Part shown: one piece after another, positions 58,777 through 64,000 of the stretch
Numbering within the stretch: the stretch's first letter is position 1
Layout of the letters: every line of letters begins with the position of its first letter
NCBI GenBank assembly: GCA_965140705.1
Contig: OZ223300.1
Coordinates: forward strand, 128,001 to 192,000
Direction: 5' to 3'
DNA length: 64,000 bases
From: an uncultured Arcobacter sp.
Lineage (GTDB): Bacteria > Campylobacterota > Campylobacteria > Campylobacterales > Arcobacteraceae
Program-made: the position numbers and the translations under genes
Notes under the pieces: model-generated
What the model was told of the DNA's origin: nothing
Database searches by the model: none
The model's input: only the letters and a program-made list of their open reading frames with translations

Positions 58777-60123
58777 TTAGTTTATAGTCCAAGGTTCAGG
58801 ACTTCCAACTACTTTAAATACCTTGTTATTAACTGCATTAGAGACATCTTTTGCTAAGTTTATAAGTCCACTATATGCTCCATAACTTACTTTTTTCTCT
58901 TGATTTACATCCACAAAGGCTACTTTTTTCTTAATAGCTGTATATAAACTTCGTCCACCTGCTAATAAAATATCAATATTATGTTCATCTATTAGTTTCG
59001 CTTGTTCAGTTCCTGGATCATTCATAAGTATTTTTACATATGTTGCACAAATCTCTTTATCTTCTAAGGTTGCTTTTTTTACACTTGTTGCAACCACATC
59101 TATACCTATATCTTGTAAGGCAGATGCTATAGACCAGGTTTTATTCCCTCCTGTATTTAAAATAGCTTTTTTACCTTCAAGTATTTTTCTATATGGAATT
59201 AGTGCTTTTTCAAGTTTTGTCTCTTCCTCTTCTATAACTTCTTTTGCTCTTTTGATAAGTTTTTCATCTCCAAAGGCATTTACTATACTCATAATTGCAT
59301 TTGTTGTATCACGTTTTCCATAAAATGAGATACTTATATATGGTATATTGTATCTCTCTTGCATTTTTCTTGTTAGAGAGATAAGTGATTTAGCACAAAC
59401 TATTACATTAAGTTTTGCCCTATGTGCCATTTGAATATTTTCTATTCTTCCATCACCTGCTAGGGTTGAAACTACTTTTATCCCTATTTTTTCCAAAATT
59501 GGAGTGTATTGCCACATGTCACCAGTAACATTGTATTCACCAATTAAATTTATTCCGAAAGGGTGAATCTCTTCTGGTTCTTTTGTTCCTATAAGTTGGT
59601 GTAAAACTGATTCTCCTCCAAGTCTTGATCCTAAGTTTTTACCTCCAACAAACCCAGGAGAGTGAATAACAACTATAGGAATACCATGTTTCTCTTCCAT
59701 CCTATTACAAGTATTATCCATGTCATCACCAATCATAGCTGTAACACAAGTTTCATAGACAAAAATTCCCTTTGGATTTTTATTTTCAACTATATAATTA
59801 ATGGCATCTTCTAGTTTTTTATCTCCACCAAAGATTACATCATTTGTATTTACATCTGTTGTATAACCAGTGATTGTATTATTCTCCCCCTCATGTGAAG
59901 TTAGAGTTTGTCTAGTCTCCCATGAAGCTCCTATACAAGTAGCAGGAGAATGAACAAGATGCACAACATCAGCATAAGGAAAAAGTGCGATTTGAGCCCC
60001 TTCAAAAGCACATCCCCCACTAGTAGCACCTGGTTTTGGTTTATCACAAGATGATTTTTTTTCTTTATTGTGAGAACATGCACTTTCACTTAATAACTCT
60101 TGAATTAGTTTTTTATTTACCAT
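58777..60123 (-). CDS. nifE: FeMo-co scaffold NifE
   Basis: GGCAFEGA, TCVTAMIGDD, GGKNLGSRLGG, GEYNVTG, DVNQE. Confidence 0.93.
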   Translation of the reverse strand: MVNKKLIQELLSESACSHNKEKKSSCDKPKPGATSGGCAFEGAQIALFPYADVVHLVHSPATCIGASWETRQTLTSHEGENNTITGYTTDVNTNDVIFGGDKKLEDAINYIVENKNPKGIFVYETCVTAMIGDDMDNTCNRMEEKHGIPIVVIHSPGFVGGKNLGSRLGGESVLHQLIGTKEPEEIHPFGINLIGEYNVTGDMWQYTPILEKIGIKVVSTLAGDGRIENIQMAHRAKLNVIVCAKSLISLTRKMQERYNIPYISISFYGKRDTTNAIMSIVNAFGDEKLIKRAKEVIEEEETKLEKALIPYRKILEGKKAILNTGGNKTWSIASALQDIGIDVVATSVKKATLEDKEICATYVKILMNDPGTEQAKLIDEHNIDILLAGGRSLYTAIKKKVAFVDVNQEKKVSYGAYSGLINLAKDVSNAVNNKVFKVVGSPEPWTIN

Positions 60124-60202
60124 TTTAGTTCCTTTGTTATCTACTTTTATAGGAAAACTCTAAAGAGGATAATTTCTTACCCTGACATTTAATTATTATA
60201 GA

Positions 60203-60218
60203 TGCAATAAGCGTTCCT
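60203..60218 (-). promoter_or_regulatory. sigma54 promoter (nifE)
   Basis: AGGAACGCTTATTGCA. Confidence 0.85.
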
Positions 60219-60228
60219 TTTTTTATTG

Positions 60229-60244
60229 TGGAATGGATTTTGCA
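60229..60244 (+). promoter_or_regulatory. sigma54 promoter (NifX-family to flavodiiron operon)
   Basis: TGGAATGGATTTTGCA. Confidence 0.75.
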
Positions 60245-60276
60245 TGGTAAAAATATAATGATTTAAAGGATTTAAA

Positions 60277-60663
60277 ATGATTGCTATACCCTTAAGTAAA
60301 GAAGACTCAACGGTAATTTCTGATTTATATGGAAATGCTCCATATTTCGCCCTATTAGATTTAAGTTCTGGGTATTTTAATGTAAAAGAAAATGTTGGCT
60401 GTGGCAATGGGCTTGAAACAGCAAAATGTGTAGAAGATTTAGGTGCAAAAAGTACGATTTTTTATCATATGGGAGAAGGTGTCTTTAATCATCTAACTGA
60501 AAATAAAGTAAAAGTTTATAGTGCGGCAAAAACTTACTTAACAATAGAAGATATATATAGAAATATTTTAAACAAGTCATGTAAAGTTGTTACAAAAGAG
60601 AATTGTGAGAGTTTATTGGACTCTGGAACAACATCTTGCTCATGTGAGTGTGATAAAAACTAA
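60277..60663 (+). CDS. NifB/NifX-family cofactor-binding protein
   Basis: IAIP...YGNAPYF...MGEG; Cys-rich tail. Confidence 0.7.
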   Translation: MIAIPLSKEDSTVISDLYGNAPYFALLDLSSGYFNVKENVGCGNGLETAKCVEDLGAKSTIFYHMGEGVFNHLTENKVKVYSAAKTYLTIEDIYRNILNKSCKVVTKENCESLLDSGTTSCSCECDKN

Positions 60664-60673
60664 TCGAGTAAAT

Positions 60674-61645
60674 ATGCAAAAAGATTTAGAATATTATCTA
60701 GCTTTAGATTACCCCTTTGAAACATATAGTGGAGAAAATGAAGTTGGAGATGCTTTTTTAGTAGAGTTTTTTGATTTTGATATAAAAGCTTCAAGCGAAG
60801 ATTTTGATGAGGCAGTTGAACTTGCACATACATATTTAGAAGAACATATAAAAAGAGAATTAGAAGCAAACAGAGAAATTCCAAAGCCAAATGAAGGAAG
60901 AAGATTTATGAAACATAGGGAAGCATTAGCTGCATACAAAAACAAAGATTTTGATAAAGCCTATAGTATTTGGGAAGAAGAAGCAAAACTAAAAAATGAC
61001 CAAGCTATGACAAATCTAGGTTTGATGTACTTAAAAGGTGAAGGTGTAGAAAAGGATTATTCTATAGCCAAAGATTGGTTTGAAAAAGCTAGTTCTTATG
61101 ATAATGATTCTGCAAATTTTAATTTGGCACTTATGTATCAAACAAAAATTGGTGTTGAAGAAGATATGGAAAAGGCAAAAGAGTATTTTAGAAGAGCAGT
61201 TAGAAAAAATCACACCCAAGCAGCTTTTAGATTGGCGCTTATTTTACTTCAAGATAGACAAAATCTTGAAGGGGTAAAAGAGGGTTTTGATTGTATGTTA
61301 AAAGCTGCAAAAAATGGTCATACAATGGCAAGTATTCAATTAACAGGTATAGATAAAGAACTAGAAACCAATGTTGAATTAAATGATCATTTCAGATCCC
61401 AAAGTATGGAAAAACAATTAGAAATCATAAATGATACTTTGGATAGATTTATTAGACCAATTTTACTAAAAGATGGTGGAAATATTTTACTAATAGATTA
61501 TGTAAATGAACCAGAAATAGAACTTAGACTTGCCTATCAAGGTGCATGTGTAGGGTGTTCAATCGCTAGTACTGGAACCTATGAGATGATAAAAGGTACT
61601 TTGGAAAAAGTCATAGACCCAAGGGTTAGGATATTTATATTATGA
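60674..61645 (+). CDS. HicB-like, Sel1-repeat and NifU/NfuA C-terminal fusion protein
   Basis: DLEYYLALDYP...REIPKP; NLGLMYLKGEGVEKD Sel1 repeats; IRPILLKDGG...YQGACVGC; start moved to MQKDL. Confidence 0.75.
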   Translation: MQKDLEYYLALDYPFETYSGENEVGDAFLVEFFDFDIKASSEDFDEAVELAHTYLEEHIKRELEANREIPKPNEGRRFMKHREALAAYKNKDFDKAYSIWEEEAKLKNDQAMTNLGLMYLKGEGVEKDYSIAKDWFEKASSYDNDSANFNLALMYQTKIGVEEDMEKAKEYFRRAVRKNHTQAAFRLALILLQDRQNLEGVKEGFDCMLKAAKNGHTMASIQLTGIDKELETNVELNDHFRSQSMEKQLEIINDTLDRFIRPILLKDGGNILLIDYVNEPEIELRLAYQGACVGCSIASTGTYEMIKGTLEKVIDPRVRIFIL

Positions 61646-61998
61646 GAATCGCATTTGCTTCTAAGGATAATATTTATGTGAATCAACACTTTGGTTGGTG
61701 CAAAGAGTTTTACATCTATGAAATAAAAGATGATAGTTTCTCTTTTATAAAATCAGTTGACTCTTCTATTGAGATAGAAGATGAAATAGAGAAGTTAAAT
61801 TATAAAATAGAATGTTGTGAAGGTTGTGATATTTTATATGTACAACAAATAGGACCAAAAGCAGCGCTTATGGTAAAAGCTTCAAAAATATTTCCTATGC
61901 AAGCAAGCAGTGAAGATGAAAAGATAGAAGATATTTTAAATAAATTAATCAAAATGAAGGAGAATCCTCCCATTTGGATGAGAAGGTTAATAGATTAA
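61642..61998 (+). CDS. NifX/NifY-family protein
   Basis: RIAFAS, NQHFG, IGPKAA, PPIWMRR. Confidence 0.82.
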   Translation: MRIAFASKDNIYVNQHFGWCKEFYIYEIKDDSFSFIKSVDSSIEIEDEIEKLNYKIECCEGCDILYVQQIGPKAALMVKASKIFPMQASSEDEKIEDILNKLIKMKENPPIWMRRLID

Positions 61999-61999
61999 G

Positions 62000-63238
62000 A
62001 TGGATACAAATCAACCAATAGAAATCGCCCCAAACATTTATTTCATAGGATCATTTGATCCAGATATTAGAACTTTTGATATTATTATGAAAACAGCCAA
62101 TGGCTCATCATATAATGCATATTTAATCAAAACAGAAGAGGGTGTGATTATTTTAGATACGGTTAAATTAGAGTTTCAAGATGAGTTTTTTAAAAAAATA
62201 GAGTCTTTATGTTCTTATGATGAGATTAAATATGTAATCTCACATCACTTGGAACCAGATCACGCAGGAGCCATTCCAGAACTAATAAATAGAGCCCCAA
62301 GGGCAAAAGTTCTAATTTCTCCCCAAGCAACACCTATGCTAAAAGCAATCACAAGAAATGAAAATATTGATTTTGAGACGGTTTGGACAAATAAAAGTCT
62401 GACTTTGGGAGATAAAACTATTAAATTTCTTACAACTCCATATTTACATTGGCCAGAAACTATGAGTTCTTATGTGGAAGAGGACAAACTGTTATTTTCA
62501 GGTGATGTTTTTGGGAGTCATTACCACGATAGAAGATTATTTGATGATTTGGTAGGAGACTTCTTTTATGCTTTTAAATATTATTATGATCATATTATGA
62601 GACCTTTTAAATCTTATGCTTTAAATGCAATCAAACTTTATGACAAACTAGAAATAGATATGATAGCAACACTTCATGGACCTATATTAAGGGAAAACCC
62701 AAAACAGTATATTGATTATTATAGAAAATGGAGCCAAGATAATTATAAAGATACTTCCCATGGCAAAAAAATCTTATCGATTTTTTATCTAACTAGTTAT
62801 AAAAATACTAAAGATATGGCAGAAGCTATATTTGAAGGGGCAGAAAGTGTTGAGGGAATCATTACCAATGTATATGATTTAGCCTCAATTGAAGAATCAA
62901 ATATGATAAATATACTTGAAGAGAGTGATGGTGTGCTAATAGGAACACCTACTATTAATGCAGATGCTCCAAAACCTGTGTGGGATTTGCTCTCTTGTAT
63001 GATGTTGTTGGAAAAAAGGGGAAAAACTGGGGGTGCTTTTGGCTCTTATGGTTGGAGTGGTGAAGCCATTGATATGATTTTACATAGATTAAAATCCCTA
63101 AACTTTAGAGTTCCTCCAATGGATTCTTTAAAAATAAAACTAATACCTACCCCAGAAGAACTTGCCCAATGCTATGATTATGGGGTAGAGTTTGCCGAAA
63201 TCATAAATGGAAAAATGCTAGAGATGACCATGAACTAA
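62000..63238 (+). CDS. fprA: Flavodiiron protein (FprA; O2/NO reductase)
   Basis: HLEPDH, HWPE, GDVFG, HGP; flavodoxin domain FGSYGWSGEA. Confidence 0.9.
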   Translation: MDTNQPIEIAPNIYFIGSFDPDIRTFDIIMKTANGSSYNAYLIKTEEGVIILDTVKLEFQDEFFKKIESLCSYDEIKYVISHHLEPDHAGAIPELINRAPRAKVLISPQATPMLKAITRNENIDFETVWTNKSLTLGDKTIKFLTTPYLHWPETMSSYVEEDKLLFSGDVFGSHYHDRRLFDDLVGDFFYAFKYYYDHIMRPFKSYALNAIKLYDKLEIDMIATLHGPILRENPKQYIDYYRKWSQDNYKDTSHGKKILSIFYLTSYKNTKDMAEAIFEGAESVEGIITNVYDLASIEESNMINILEESDGVLIGTPTINADAPKPVWDLLSCMMLLEKRGKTGGAFGSYGWSGEAIDMILHRLKSLNFRVPPMDSLKIKLIPTPEELAQCYDYGVEFAEIINGKMLEMTMN

Positions 63239-63301
63239 AATGAATGAATAAGTGATGAGTATGAATTAATTGACTAAAACTAATACTCATCACCTATTTA
63301 T

Positions 63302-63487
63302 TTATGATAAATCACTAAGCGTTGATACTTTATATATTACATCTTTAAGTTCATTTAGCTTTTTAATGATATCTTCATCACAGTGTTTATCCATCTCAAA
63401 TCTTGTCTCCATAAAATCATATATATTATCTATATTTGAAAATACTTCTTGGAGAAGTTGCTCTTTTATCCTCTCTTGTATACTCAT
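63302..63487 (-). CDS. Small hypothetical helical protein
   Basis: Overlaps the stop of the upstream ArsC-like gene. Confidence 0.55.
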   Translation of the reverse strand: MSIQERIKEQLLQEVFSNIDNIYDFMETRFEMDKHCDEDIIKKLNELKDVIYKVSTLSDLS

Positions 63488-63843
63488 CTTAATTCCCTTA
63501 GTTTAAAATCTAAAATTTTATTTAAATCAAATCCGCAGAATTTACTTGTACCAATTGTTATAAGTGGTCTTTTTATTAAAATAGGATTTGAAATCATAAG
63601 ATTTAATAAATCTTCATCGGAAGTGTTTTCTAAATCTAAACCATTATTTTTTATTAAAGGTGCATTTGGATTTATACACTCCTTTATACTTTTGCTCTCA
63701 AAAAAATTAAGTAGTTGCTCTTTTGAAAAGTTTGTTTTTAATAAATCTGTACTAATAACATTAAAGCCAAAGTCTTTTAATCTCTTCTTTTGTTTACTAT
63801 TATTTACACATCCTACTTTTTCATAAAAAATTATTGGAATCAT
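63484..63843 (-). CDS. ArsC-family nitrogenase-associated protein
   Basis: FYEKVGCVNN, PILIKRPL, CGFD; start moved to MIPII behind AAGGAG because the longer ORF runs into the promoter. Confidence 0.8.
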   Translation of the reverse strand: MIPIIFYEKVGCVNNSKQKKRLKDFGFNVISTDLLKTNFSKEQLLNFFESKSIKECINPNAPLIKNNGLDLENTSDEDLLNLMISNPILIKRPLITIGTSKFCGFDLNKILDFKLRELR

Positions 63844-63870
63844 TTTATTCTCCTTAATAAATTCTATAGA

Positions 63871-63886
63871 TGCATATTTCATTCCT
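63871..63886 (-). promoter_or_regulatory. sigma54 promoter (ArsC-like gene)
   Basis: AGGAATGAAATATGCA. Confidence 0.75.
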
Positions 63887-63896
63887 AAAAAGTTTA

Positions 63897-63912
63897 AGGA
63901 ACGCTATATGCA
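63897..63912 (+). promoter_or_regulatory. sigma54 promoter (gene starting at 63946)
   Basis: AGGAACGCTATATGCA, differing from the nifH site only at the first base. Confidence 0.85.
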
Positions 63913-63945
63913 TAAAGTAAAACAGAAATAAAAAAAGGAGATACT

Positions 63946-64000
63946 ATGAGTTGTTCTTGTACATCTAGTAGTACACAAGAGGAATTACAACAAGAAGTTA
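63946..64000 (+). CDS. 5' end of a sigma54-driven gene, plausibly nifB (partial)
   Basis: AAGGAG RBS then MSCSCTSSSTQEELQQEV; nifB is absent elsewhere in the window; identity inferred from context only. Confidence 0.45.
   Translation, partial: MSCSCTSSSTQEELQQEV

Noticed and set aside
60587..60673. Longer start for the Sel1/NifU fusion
   Set aside because: Overlaps the upstream gene; recognisable sequence begins at MQKDL (60674).

Overview
AT-rich Campylobacterota DNA, most like Arcobacteraceae (inferred from gene content and promoter style). Bases 1-12.2 kb are housekeeping and accessory genes: gyrB 3' end, a palindromic repeat, transporters, queF, a probable 6S RNA, modE and an orphan sensor kinase. 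From about 12.2 kb to the end is a large Mo-nitrogen-fixation region: fdxN, clpX, nifA, nifT, nifHDK, nifZ/W/F/X, nifN, nifE and a probable nifB start. It carries its own rpoN, ten GG-N10-GC sigma54 promoters and a duplicated ModE-controlled molybdate uptake system. Interleaved are a DMSO/TMAO-reductase locus, a Ktr/KdpDE-like block, a PAS chemoreceptor and an unusual [NiFe]-hydrogenase. Main novel candidates: (1) a three-hairpin RNA motif with compensatory base changes, present three times (plus a partial copy) directly before ribosome-binding sites inside nif operons; (2) a Tat-less hydrogenase small subunit fused to a flavin oxidoreductase and a BFD-like domain; (3) a FeSII/Shethna-II-like protein lacking its cluster cysteines; (4) a terminator-like C-loop hairpin just after a sigma54 promoter; (5) a HicB-like/Sel1/NifU-C fusion; (6) an uncalled cytochrome c553 pseudogene. 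All family calls are from motif recognition by eye, not database searches.
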